Notes under the pieces: model-generated
Seen by the model: only the letters and a program-made list of their open reading frames with translations
Databases searched by the model: none
Told to the model about the DNA's origin: nothing
Position numbers and translations under genes: made by a program
NCBI GenBank assembly: GCA_944358225.1
Contig: CALVQP010000002.1
Coordinates: 1 to 33,999, forward strand
Reading direction: 5' to 3'
DNA from: an uncultured Bacilli bacterium
Lineage (GTDB): Bacteria; Bacillota_I; Bacilli_A; RF39; UBA660
DNA: 33,999 nt
In this document: positions 9,550 through 17,253 of the stretch, one piece after another
How positions within the stretch are numbered: position 1 is the first letter of the stretch
Layout of the letters: the number at the start of each line of letters is the position of its first letter

Positions 9550-11235
9550 TTACATCTTACTTGGCACATCAATTACTAATAAACTAAGTAATGTTTTAAT
9601 GCTCATCGCCGTTAATCCTATTAAATTCAACCATTCTATCTTTTTTACATCATCTTCACAAGTTAAAATATGATTATGCTGATAAAAAGCATTAGCACAT
9701 ACACATAAATTATAAACATAATCAGCAATATATGATGGTTTTCTTTCGACAAAAGCGCTATTTAAAGCAGTGCTAAGTTCTAAAAGTTTCATTCTTAAAT
9801 CTCGATCATATTCATTATAAATTACTTCGTTAAAAACATATTTTTGACTATTTTCCCCTAAGATTTTTTTTAATCTTACATAAGTATATAAAATATAAGG
9901 ACCCGTTTTACCAACAACATCACTAAACTTATTTAAATCAAAAATATAATCTTTATCTCTAGAGTTTACTAAATCAGCAAATTTTAAAATTGCATTTACA
10001 ACAATATTCAAATCCTGATTATTCATATTTTCATTTTCTTCACGTTTACTAACAAAAATATTTTTTGTTTGCTCAAATAAACTTGCTAAAGCAGGCGCAT
10101 CCCCATTTCTTGTTTTAAAAGGTTTATTATCATTGCCATTAACTGTTCCATAACCTAAAAATTCTAAATTTTTATAATCTATTAATCCTAAGCTTTCACT
10201 AACGCGAAAAACTTGTTCAAAATGCAAACTCTGGCGATTATCTACAACATATAAAATGTGATTAGGATTATACTTATTTACCCGATCATATATAGTTGCT
10301 AAATCAGTTGAAGCATATAAATAAGCACCATTACTCTTTTTAAATAACAAAGGGGGAATTTCTTTTTTATCCGTATCTTTGCTTACTTCAACAACTAAAG
10401 CTCCTTGACTTTTTTGAAGTAAACCTTTTTTTCTTAATAAATTTTCTACCGTACTCAAATAAGGATATGCATCACTTTCTCCTAGCCATAAATCAAAATC
10501 AACATTCAAATACTCATATAATTTTTTCATATCAGCAATAGAAACTGCTAATATCTTCTTAAAATACTTTTGATATTCTTCATTATTATCTTGTAATTGT
10601 TTAGTTATCAAAGCACAAGTATCTTTAACTTGTTCATCTTCTTTACATAAACTACTCACCTTGGGATATATACGGTTTAAGTCTTCAATTGTAATTTCAT
10701 CTATTTTAATATTTTCTTGCTTCAAACCATAAATTACTTGTCCTATTTGTAACCCATAATCACCTAAATGAATATCACTAATTGTTTTATGACCCATATA
10801 TTTAATAATTCTTTTTAGACTTTCTCCAACTATTAAAGTACGCATATGTCCTACATGTAAAGGTTTAGCTACATTTGCTCCCCCATAATCTAAAATAAAT
10901 AATTCTTCCTTTATTGGTTTAGATATACCTAAATGTTCATTTAAAGTTTCTAAATTTTCATTAATAAATTTATCACTTAATGTGAAATTTAAAAAACCAG
11001 GCTTAACAAACTCAATATTTTTAAATATATCTGTTAAAGAACTATCAACACAAGCCATTATTTTTTGACCTATTTCTATAGGCGAACGACTATATAATTT
11101 AGCTAATTTAAAAATATCATTAGATTGATAATCACAACTTTGTTCCTTACTTGATTTCGTAATTACTACCTTATCTACATCAAAACCGCTTTTTAAAAAC
11201 AATTCCTTTACTACTTGTTCTAATTTAAAAATCAT
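9550..11235 (-). CDS. argS: Arginine--tRNA ligase
   Basis: 561 aa. Class I HIGH motif (ANVAKPLHVGHMR) and a typical ArgS C-terminal anticodon-binding region ending in M. Confidence 0.93.
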   Translation of the reverse strand: MIFKLEQVVKELFLKSGFDVDKVVITKSSKEQSCDYQSNDIFKLAKLYSRSPIEIGQKIMACVDSSLTDIFKNIEFVKPGFLNFTLSDKFINENLETLNEHLGISKPIKEELFILDYGGANVAKPLHVGHMRTLIVGESLKRIIKYMGHKTISDIHLGDYGLQIGQVIYGLKQENIKIDEITIEDLNRIYPKVSSLCKEDEQVKDTCALITKQLQDNNEEYQKYFKKILAVSIADMKKLYEYLNVDFDLWLGESDAYPYLSTVENLLRKKGLLQKSQGALVVEVSKDTDKKEIPPLLFKKSNGAYLYASTDLATIYDRVNKYNPNHILYVVDNRQSLHFEQVFRVSESLGLIDYKNLEFLGYGTVNGNDNKPFKTRNGDAPALASLFEQTKNIFVSKREENENMNNQDLNIVVNAILKFADLVNSRDKDYIFDLNKFSDVVGKTGPYILYTYVRLKKILGENSQKYVFNEVIYNEYDRDLRMKLLELSTALNSAFVERKPSYIADYVYNLCVCANAFYQHNHILTCEDDVKKIEWLNLIGLTAMSIKTLLSLLVIDVPSKM

Positions 11236-11236
11236 C

Positions 11237-11818
11237 CTAATTCTCCTTTTTCTTCTTCTTTTTTCCTTTTTGCAAACATCTCCACCCTAAAAATAAAAAT
11301 AAACCAGCAATTAAATAATTAGTAATATCTCCCAAATCAAAAAAGGTTCGTAAAGTTATTATTTCATAAGGTTCTCTAAATAAAAAATTATTTAGCACTG
11401 TCCAAACCATTATAAAACCACAGGCAATATAAGAAAATACTCCGACAGCTTCTTTAAAAGCTTTTAAAAAAGCACTGTCTTTAGCAAATTTATATCCTAT
11501 AATTCCTCCTAGAAAACCTAAAATTAAATATAGAAAAAAATACCCCAAATAATTGCCGTTATAAATTGCAAAGACGCTAGGAATATAAAGGATTGACGCT
11601 ATTATAGGTTCTAAATAAAAATTAGCATTATATCTAGCATAAACGATAGATGTAAATAAAATAACGAGTGGATTAACAACAAGAAGTAAATTACCTACAC
11701 TTTTAAAATCATAGCCATTAACAGCCACATTACAAGCAGGAATTAATATAAATAAGATTAACAATATCATCAATATCTCTATTTCTAAACGATACTTCTT
11801 AATAGAAATCACCTTCAA
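11237..11818 (-). CDS. Polytopic membrane protein, unknown function
   Basis: ORF track. Hydrophobic throughout with a Lys-rich tail. Abuts argS. Confidence 0.5.
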   Translation of the reverse strand: MKVISIKKYRLEIEILMILLILFILIPACNVAVNGYDFKSVGNLLLVVNPLVILFTSIVYARYNANFYLEPIIASILYIPSVFAIYNGNYLGYFFLYLILGFLGGIIGYKFAKDSAFLKAFKEAVGVFSYIACGFIMVWTVLNNFLFREPYEIITLRTFFDLGDITNYLIAGLFLFLGWRCLQKGKKKKKKEN

Positions 11819-11990
11819 ACTTACGTTTATTATACCTTGTTAGACTTCTAAGTGCAAGCAACAATATAAGAAGTATATGGAAATACTTAATTTTGATTAT
11901 GCAATTATTAAGACTCTATTTCCAAAATAATCATTTTCTTACGTTCTATTTTTATTAGCTACAAATAAACTTTAATAAAGGAAGTGAATT

Positions 11991-12318
11991 ATGTTACTAA
12001 GTTTATTAAGTCTATTTAAACAAATGCTTTTTTTCACTGGAAGTTATTCCAATAATGTTTTTCCAGATCCTCTAAGTAAAGAAGAAGAAGAACATCATAT
12101 CAAATTAATGTTAGCAGGAAATAAAGATTCACGTAATAAATTAATTGAACACAATCTGCGCTTAGTTGCTCATATTGTCAAAAAATTCGACAACGCTAGT
12201 AATGATAATGACGACCTAATAAGTATTGGCACTATTGGATTAATTAAAGGAATTGATACTTATAAAAACAGCCATAAAACAAAAATTACTACCTACTGTG
12301 CCCGTTGTATTGAAAATG
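11991..12318 (+). CDS. sigK: 5' segment of pro-sigma-K gene (spoIVCB-like)
   Basis: The pro-sequence and regions 1.2/2 (IEHNLRLVAHIVKKF, DLISIGTIGLIKGIDTY, YCARCIEN) match recalled SigK up to CIEN. Beyond 12318 the frame runs 28 unrelated codons to TAA at 12402-12404. Confidence 0.9.
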
Positions 12319-12328
12319 CAACGTTCAC
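12303..12328. other. attL junction (core AATG at 12315-12318)
   Basis: sigK homology ends here. The same AATG recurs at 21326-21329, where sigK homology resumes. Confidence 0.8.
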
Positions 12329-12826
12329 ATCAAAGAACTTTTTGATAGAACTAATGCACTATTTAAACGAATTGGAACTAAACTACAACTTTCTTACACG
12401 TTAACAACCCATACGTGTTGGAACTTAACACCAATAACGTCGGAAAGTACGTTCGGTGAACAAATAAAATATTATCGTAGACTTAACGATGTTAAGCAAA
12501 CGGAATTGGGTATTAAGTTAAACTTTGAGAGAAGTACCCTAAACCACCTTGAAAACCACGAGATAAAACTTGTAAACGTTAATCTAATAAAAGGAATAAT
12601 AGAAGAACTAGGAATTGAAGATGAAATCAACATAAATGACGATTATATTAACTTCTTACTTAATAACCCTTGTGAGAAGATAAGAAAAACACGAAAGAAA
12701 ATGAAACTTACCTTACAACAATTTGGCGACTTACTAGGTGTAAGTGATACATCAGTAAGACGTTGGGAACACGGAAATTGTCAGATAAGTAGAAAAAAAT
12801 ACGAGAGACTTAAAGATTATATTTAA
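12317..12826 (+). CDS. Start-less coding segment (169 codons) with two XRE-type HTH domains; predicted 3' end of the recombinase gene on the excised circle
   Basis: The frame is open from 12314 with no ATG/GTG/TTG before the called TTG at 12506. HTH1 (FGEQIKYYRRLNDVKQTELGIKLNFERSTLNHLENHE) straddles that TTG. HTH2 is LTLQQFGDLLGVSDTSVRRWEHG. The frame matches the recombinase frame across attP. Confidence 0.6.
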   Translation, partial: CNVHIKELFDRTNALFKRIGTKLQLSYTLTTHTCWNLTPITSESTFGEQIKYYRRLNDVKQTELGIKLNFERSTLNHLENHEIKLVNVNLIKGIIEELGIEDEININDDYINFLLNNPCEKIRKTRKKMKLTLQQFGDLLGVSDTSVRRWEHGNCQISRKKYERLKDYI

Positions 12827-12848
12827 TCAACAAGTCTCTCTTTTATTT
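12803..12848 (+). terminator. Hairpin terminator at the end of the HTH segment
   Basis: Stem gagagact/agtctctc (8 bp), a loop containing the TAA, then a ttttatttt run. Confidence 0.55.
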
Positions 12849-13005
12849 TATCTATTATTCCGTAAAGTATTTTTTCTTTTTCATCAATGCTTACGTTTAA
12901 TTTTCTTATACCTAACAAGACAAGTTCACTTTGTAATTTAGCAAACTCACTATAAAACTCACACCAACCAGTTTTATCAGTTGGTAAGTTCATTATCAGT
13001 TTCAC
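12823..13005 (-). CDS. Small protein, paralog of 18150..18341
   Basis: Shared pattern NLPTD...F..FAKLQ..LV...I.KLNV. The first 15 nt of the conserved part are identical in both copies. GTG or ATG start. Confidence 0.45.
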   Translation of the reverse strand: MKLIMNLPTDKTGWCEFYSEFAKLQSELVLLGIRKLNVSIDEKEKILYGIIDKIKERLVD

Positions 13006-13059
13006 ACTATCACCAATTAAGTATATGAAAAGTTTTTATAAATCTGAACACGAAAGGAA

Positions 13060-13323
13060 GTGGTATTAACGGACAAAAGGTTATTGCCTATAAAAGATAT
13101 GGAATTCACTATCAACAATGATATGGAAGAAGAAGTCTTTGTGTTATTGTCAATACAACAAATACTGAATTCTACTGAATTAAGTAAAAGAGAAAAGAAG
13201 CTGTTAGAGAAACTAAAATTTGAAATACTAGATGACTTTAGGTCTCAATTACATAGTCTTAATCTTACACAAGTTGCAATTGCAAGAGCATTCCTTAATG
13301 GCAAAAAAAATGATGAGAGATAA
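13060..13323 (+). CDS. Hypothetical protein (start uncertain; alternative ATG at 13099)
   Basis: ORF track. Ends in a hairpin. No family recognised and the RBS is poor. Confidence 0.35.
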   Translation: MVLTDKRLLPIKDMEFTINNDMEEEVFVLLSIQQILNSTELSKREKKLLEKLKFEILDDFRSQLHSLNLTQVAIARAFLNGKKNDER

Positions 13324-13341
13324 GCACTGAACTTATCTCTC
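13315..13341. terminator. Hairpin between convergent genes
   Basis: Stem gagagataa/ttatctctc with an 8-9-nt loop (cactgaac), then tttatt. Confidence 0.55.
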
Positions 13342-13342
13342 T

Positions 13343-13672
13343 TTATTCGCAACCATTATTATTTGTTCTTTTAGTTGTTGCTTTACCATAACCTAATTCA
13401 ACTCGATTAGAATATCTACAGCCAGCACAATTAACTGCAATTTGTTGTCTTGGGTCTTTTTGAAATTCCCAAATAATCTCTTGAAAGCACTCTCTAAATA
13501 GTTGCATAAACTCTTTCTTCTTGTTCTCGTGTTCTTGTTGCATTTGATTATACTTTTCAATTCCGTTCTCAATGATGAAGTTTAAGTCATATTCAAGAGT
13601 GTTTTTCTTTGGCTCTGATAGTCCTAATAATTCCTCAATATCTAAATCAATACTTACTTTCTTATTCGCCAT
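13343..13672 (-). CDS. Hypothetical protein
   Basis: ORF track. GGAGG lies 9 nt upstream, and the ORF overlaps the upstream Xis-like ORF by 11 nt, which suggests translational coupling. Confidence 0.5.
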   Translation of the reverse strand: MANKKVSIDLDIEELLGLSEPKKNTLEYDLNFIIENGIEKYNQMQQEHENKKKEFMQLFRECFQEIIWEFQKDPRQQIAVNCAGCRYSNRVELGYGKATTKRTNNNGCE

Positions 13673-13847
13673 TTGTCTTAACCTCCATAAGTTCTAAAAA
13701 CTTGTAATATTCATATTCACTTACTAAATAATCTTTTGATATTTTAGTTGCCTTTAATGTTCCATTTTTTATTAGTCTCTTAAGATAAATAACTGATGTA
13801 TGGGTCATCTCATTTATTTCTTTCAATGTATAAAACTTTTCTTTCAT
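13662..13847 (-). CDS. Excisionase/MerR-like HTH DNA-binding protein
   Basis: 61 aa. YTLKEINEMTHTSVIYLKRLIKNGTLKATKI resembles the excisionase-family HTH pattern. GGAGG RBS. Confidence 0.6.
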   Translation of the reverse strand: MKEKFYTLKEINEMTHTSVIYLKRLIKNGTLKATKISKDYLVSEYEYYKFLELMEVKTNGE

Positions 13848-13895
13848 CTAACCTCCAAAAATACTAGGTGGGGGGTGGTTAAGTAAAGTGCCACT

Positions 13896-13918
13896 AAAAA
13901 AAAGGACATATAAGTCCT
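13896..13918 (-). terminator. Weak terminator after the RepL-like gene
   Basis: Minus strand: AGGAC-TTATAT-GTCCT followed by T8. Confidence 0.45.
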
Positions 13919-13938
13919 ATGCCCCTACCTAAATTTAC

Positions 13939-14466
13939 CTAATCATTTTGAGTATTCCATTTACTCTTTTTAAATATTCTATATAGTGTTGCATTGATGT
14001 AAGTCCCATTCTGAAATATAAAGGGGTTCATTATAAACACACTATTTCTTCCGGACTTTGTCCTTGCCATAATGTTTAATTTGATGAGTCTATTAACACT
14101 CTCGTTAAATGTATTATGCGACATATCTGCCAGTTCAAGAAATCTTGCTTTACTTATATTAACACCATCTTCTATTAAGACACCACTAGTCTTATCTAAA
14201 TAAGCAAGTGCGATTAGAATAAGTTTATAATCACTCTTGGTTAAATCTTCTCGTGCAAGTATTCCTATTGTATCTTTATATACTTTAACAAACGTATTGT
14301 TCTTCTTTATGACCTTACGATTTGCCATATAATCTTTTTGTTCTTTAGTATAGACTCGCAAAGAATCTCCCTCTCTTAAAGAGTATTCTATCTCACCAGT
14401 ATCGGTGTTCATAAATTGGCAGACTATTTCTTCATCAGTAATTTGCTTACGTTTTACTTGTTCCAT
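13939..14466 (-). CDS. RepL-like winged-helix replication/maintenance protein
   Basis: Colinear with recalled firmicute plasmid RepL (D..TGEI.., NTFVKVY, a wHTH region, then MNPFIFQNG). The likely start is the ATG at 14466, with GGAGG 5 nt upstream. The track ORF extends to 14496. Confidence 0.55.
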   Translation of the reverse strand: MEQVKRKQITDEEIVCQFMNTDTGEIEYSLREGDSLRVYTKEQKDYMANRKVIKKNNTFVKVYKDTIGILAREDLTKSDYKLILIALAYLDKTSGVLIEDGVNISKARFLELADMSHNTFNESVNRLIKLNIMARTKSGRNSVFIMNPFIFQNGTYINATLYRIFKKSKWNTQND

Positions 14467-14496
14467 AACTACCTCCAAGTTGTAAATACATACCAA

Positions 14497-14806
14497 TTTT
14501 AGTTTTAAAACAACCTAAATAGACCTCAATTGTTTGGTATGATATGTCCCAATATACTGGTATCTTTTTTTGTTTAAAAGTCCGATAAATAAAGGAAAAC
14601 TGCTTGTCTTTCTTCTTATCTTTTCTTATATATAATTGTAAAGTTAATTTTATTAAGTTTAACTCTACTATAATGTATATATATAAATAATATATATATT
14701 AGTAATATACTCTATATTACCCAAAAACCTTTTGTAAACCTCCTTAAATTGCTTTAACAAGACAATGGTATGTCTTACATAAATCTTTTACAATTAAATT
14801 CTAATA
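14497..14806. other. AT-rich intergenic region with TA-tracts and short repeats (candidate origin/promoter)
   Basis: Contains AGTTAA..TTAACT, AAGTTnAA twice, and gtatatatataaataatatatatatt tracts. It lies immediately upstream of the RepL-like gene. Confidence 0.3.
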
Positions 14807-14995
14807 TTATTTTGTGGCTTGTGTTAAGTCTTTAGAGTAAACAAAAACAAGAGCATTAAGTTGCTCTTGCGATAAATAGTATCTACTACCAATTTTAGTA
14901 TAAGATATTATGTTGTTAACTACCCAACTATAAAGTGTCTTATATGACACACCAATTTCTTTACAAGCACTTTTCAATGGTATTAAGTCTCTAAT
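14807..14995 (-). CDS. Unlisted small excisionase/AlpA-like HTH protein (start uncertain: ATT at 14995 or 14998, or TTG at 14977)
   Basis: Hand translation: (IIRDLIP)LKSACKEIGVSYKTLYSWVVNNIISYTKIGSRYYLSQEQLNALVFVYSKDLTQATK*. GGAGG is at 15008-15004. There is no in-frame ATG or GTG. Confidence 0.5.
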   Translation of the reverse strand: MRDLIPLKSACKEIGVSYKTLYSWVVNNIISYTKIGSRYYLSQEQLNALVFVYSKDLTQATK

Positions 14996-15063
14996 AATAT
15001 CTACCTCCTCATATATATAGTAGTTTATAAGAAACTTTCATACAATTTCGTGTATTTTTGTAT

Positions 15064-15090
15064 AAAAAAAGTATATAGCATTTGCTATAC
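15064..15090 (-). terminator. Terminator of the three-gene cargo operon
   Basis: Minus strand: GTATAGCA-AA-TGCTATA(T)AC followed by T7. Confidence 0.6.
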
Positions 15091-15091
15091 A

Positions 15092-16585
15092 CTATCTATT
15101 ATGTTTATTAGTATCACTATTTTGACCTAAAGTTTGTTCTAACAACATTTTATATTCACTACTATCAAATATTTGAGGTTGTGGAAATTGACCAAACTTG
15201 CTTTGATAATACTGCATTACTTCATTAAAAGTTCCTTTTGCAACATCAGTTGAATATTGTTGTGAGAAAGTTGTAAGTTGTCTTTGTTTGTACTCACTCA
15301 TTAAGTCTGTTCTATTATAACCGGCAAAAACGTTGAATTGTTCGTGAGAGTAAGCCATACCATTAGGATTATATATAGGACAAAAGTTAGGGTTAGTAAT
15401 AAATCCATCAATAGTTTTGTTATATACCCCTTGAATTAAATTTGGACTAAACACACTATTACCATCACCAGTATTTTTCCATAAAGGCATAGGGACATCA
15501 CAACTACCGTCTCTATGAGGTTGACAAGATAAATACTCTTTAGGAACTTTAATTACAAATACTGATTTAAAATCTTCTAATTGAGAATATGACTTCATTA
15601 TACTTTCTAGACCTTGTGTTTTAATATCTTCATCACTAATTGGTGCTAGAGTAGAATGTAGACTAAGTGATATATCATTTTCTAATATTAAACCATTATT
15701 GAAGAAATCTGCTAAAGCCTCCGGACTTTCATTTGCCGTCCCGTGAAGAAAGTAAGCATATTCTATGTTATTCTGTTTAACACCAATTTTATTTAAAAAG
15801 TTCTCATCTTGTATCTCTAAAGTTAGACTTTGTAATAATTGAGAGTTGTTTTTTGAAACTGATTTAACAAGCCCTTGTATAAAACTTATTATTTGTTCTT
15901 TTCTTGTATCTAACAGTTTCATATCTGCGTCATTTAATTTGGCATAGTGTTTTGTTTTACTTAAAGCATATATTTCATTCATCATACTTGCAAACGAACT
16001 AAACTTTCCATTTGTAAGACTATCAAATTCTTGCTCAAACATATTGTTATTATTAAGATATTGATTAGCTAGTTTATCAGCACCAATAATAACTTTCATA
16101 ACTCGCATTACATTTTTAACAAAATATAAATAATCTTCACTTTCACTTAAACGGCATTGTTCTATATCTTCTGCAAATAATTGAGTGATTGCTTCATCAA
16201 GACCAGTATATATGCTTTGTCCGTTTCCTTGATATTGATGTCCAAAAAAATGTTGATTGCCATCTTTCATTTGACTTAATCCGTGTAAGACTTCGTGTGT
16301 AGTTTGAACGTTAGTTATTTGAGGGTTATTTAAAGCAAAAGTTTCATCTATATAAATTTCCTTTGACCCATCTTGAAATGGCCAACAAACCATATTAGAC
16401 CATCTAATTTGTCTTACTGGGGCATAGAACAAATTAAAACCCTTACTCATATTTTGTTCTAAATTATTTACTAATACTATATTTCTAAAGTATTCCCAAG
16501 CCATTCTTTTTTTATTGTTTATTACATCAAGAGGTTGTTGTTTTCTATACTTTAATAATTCATTATATTGTTCTTGTAGTGTCAT
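15092..16585 (-). CDS. 497-aa two-domain protein: N-terminal HExxH zincin-like domain plus uncharacterised C-terminal domain
   Basis: HEVLH at aa 97-101 (nt 16297-16283) with GLDEAITQ about 30 aa downstream, a gluzincin-like spacing. The C-terminal half carries FLHGT and HEQFNVF motifs. AGGAGG RBS. No signal peptide or TM. Confidence 0.6.
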   Translation of the reverse strand: MTLQEQYNELLKYRKQQPLDVINNKKRMAWEYFRNIVLVNNLEQNMSKGFNLFYAPVRQIRWSNMVCWPFQDGSKEIYIDETFALNNPQITNVQTTHEVLHGLSQMKDGNQHFFGHQYQGNGQSIYTGLDEAITQLFAEDIEQCRLSESEDYLYFVKNVMRVMKVIIGADKLANQYLNNNNMFEQEFDSLTNGKFSSFASMMNEIYALSKTKHYAKLNDADMKLLDTRKEQIISFIQGLVKSVSKNNSQLLQSLTLEIQDENFLNKIGVKQNNIEYAYFLHGTANESPEALADFFNNGLILENDISLSLHSTLAPISDEDIKTQGLESIMKSYSQLEDFKSVFVIKVPKEYLSCQPHRDGSCDVPMPLWKNTGDGNSVFSPNLIQGVYNKTIDGFITNPNFCPIYNPNGMAYSHEQFNVFAGYNRTDLMSEYKQRQLTTFSQQYSTDVAKGTFNEVMQYYQSKFGQFPQPQIFDSSEYKMLLEQTLGQNSDTNKHNR

Positions 16586-16601
16586 TTTAAAACCTCCTTA
16601 A

Positions 16602-17234
16602 TTACTTTATATTTTTTATTGACTTTAGCACATTTTTATCATCAAATTCCAATTCAAATAGTTCTGGACAATTCCAATTGCCATCAAAAACCATTTCATT
16701 ATTGAAATATATTTCTATCAATTTGTTATCTTCATTTAGAATAACATCACAACATTTAGATAGCATAGTCGAAATAGCAGTTCCGTGAGATACAACGGCA
16801 ATTTTCTTATTAGAATGCTTATTTAATATATCTGCTATTGCATTATTCATTCTTTCCGATACTTCATTTGCAGACTCACCATTATCAAGTTTATAATCCC
16901 AGTCTCTAAACTGATTCTCAAAAAAGTCTTTTGGAAGTTCATACATATTATTTACCCCAAATCTTCTCTCACCAAGTCTCTCATCAACATTTAATAAAAT
17001 GTTATTGTTGGTTGCAATATATTTAGCAGTACACATTGCTCTTACATAATGAGACGAGTAAATTACATCTATATTTTGTAATTCCTCACGTTTGCTCATT
17101 TGTTCTGCAAGTCTTTCACCCTCAACACTTAACATATTCTTTTCATTTCTAATTTGCTCAACTTCGTTAACGTTGTAATCACCCAACAAAGACCTAAATG
17201 GTTGTGAGTGTCTTAACAAATAAATAGTTGTCAT
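16602..17234 (-). CDS. Histidine phosphatase (phosphoglycerate mutase-like superfamily)
   Basis: LLRHSQ (RH motif), SSHYVRAMCTA, ERLGERRFG and VVSHGTAIS are all present in order. GGAGGG RBS. Confidence 0.8.
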   Translation of the reverse strand: MTTIYLLRHSQPFRSLLGDYNVNEVEQIRNEKNMLSVEGERLAEQMSKREELQNIDVIYSSHYVRAMCTAKYIATNNNILLNVDERLGERRFGVNNMYELPKDFFENQFRDWDYKLDNGESANEVSERMNNAIADILNKHSNKKIAVVSHGTAISTMLSKCCDVILNEDNKLIEIYFNNEMVFDGNWNCPELFELEFDDKNVLKSIKNIK

Positions 17235-17253
17235 TATAATTCACCCTCCGATA

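Noticed and set aside
11240-11275. A purine/pyrimidine-rich homopolymeric tract (ttcttcttcttttttccttttt), considered as a slipped-strand phase-variation site.
   Set aside because: It simply encodes the KGKKKKKKEN tail of the membrane protein. There is no long perfect mononucleotide run and no frame ambiguity.
11819-11990. A possible T-box or other leader upstream of the membrane-gene/argS unit, and a recognisable sigma-E/SpoIIID-type promoter for sigK.
   Set aside because: I found no T-box core (AAGGTGGTACCGCG-like) or specifier hairpin. I could not support a mother-cell promoter consensus by eye.
12506-12826. The ORF-track call of an independent 106-aa HTH protein starting at TTG 12506.
   Set aside because: The TTG lies inside an HTH helix and has no SD. 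The frame stays open and domain-like for 63 codons upstream without any start codon. It is better explained as the 3' part of a longer ORF (see findings).
13939-14496. The longer RepL-like ORF starting at 14496 (MVCIYNLEVV...).
   Set aside because: The GGAGG lies inside those first 10 codons, 5 nt before the ATG at 14466, so the shorter start is preferred.
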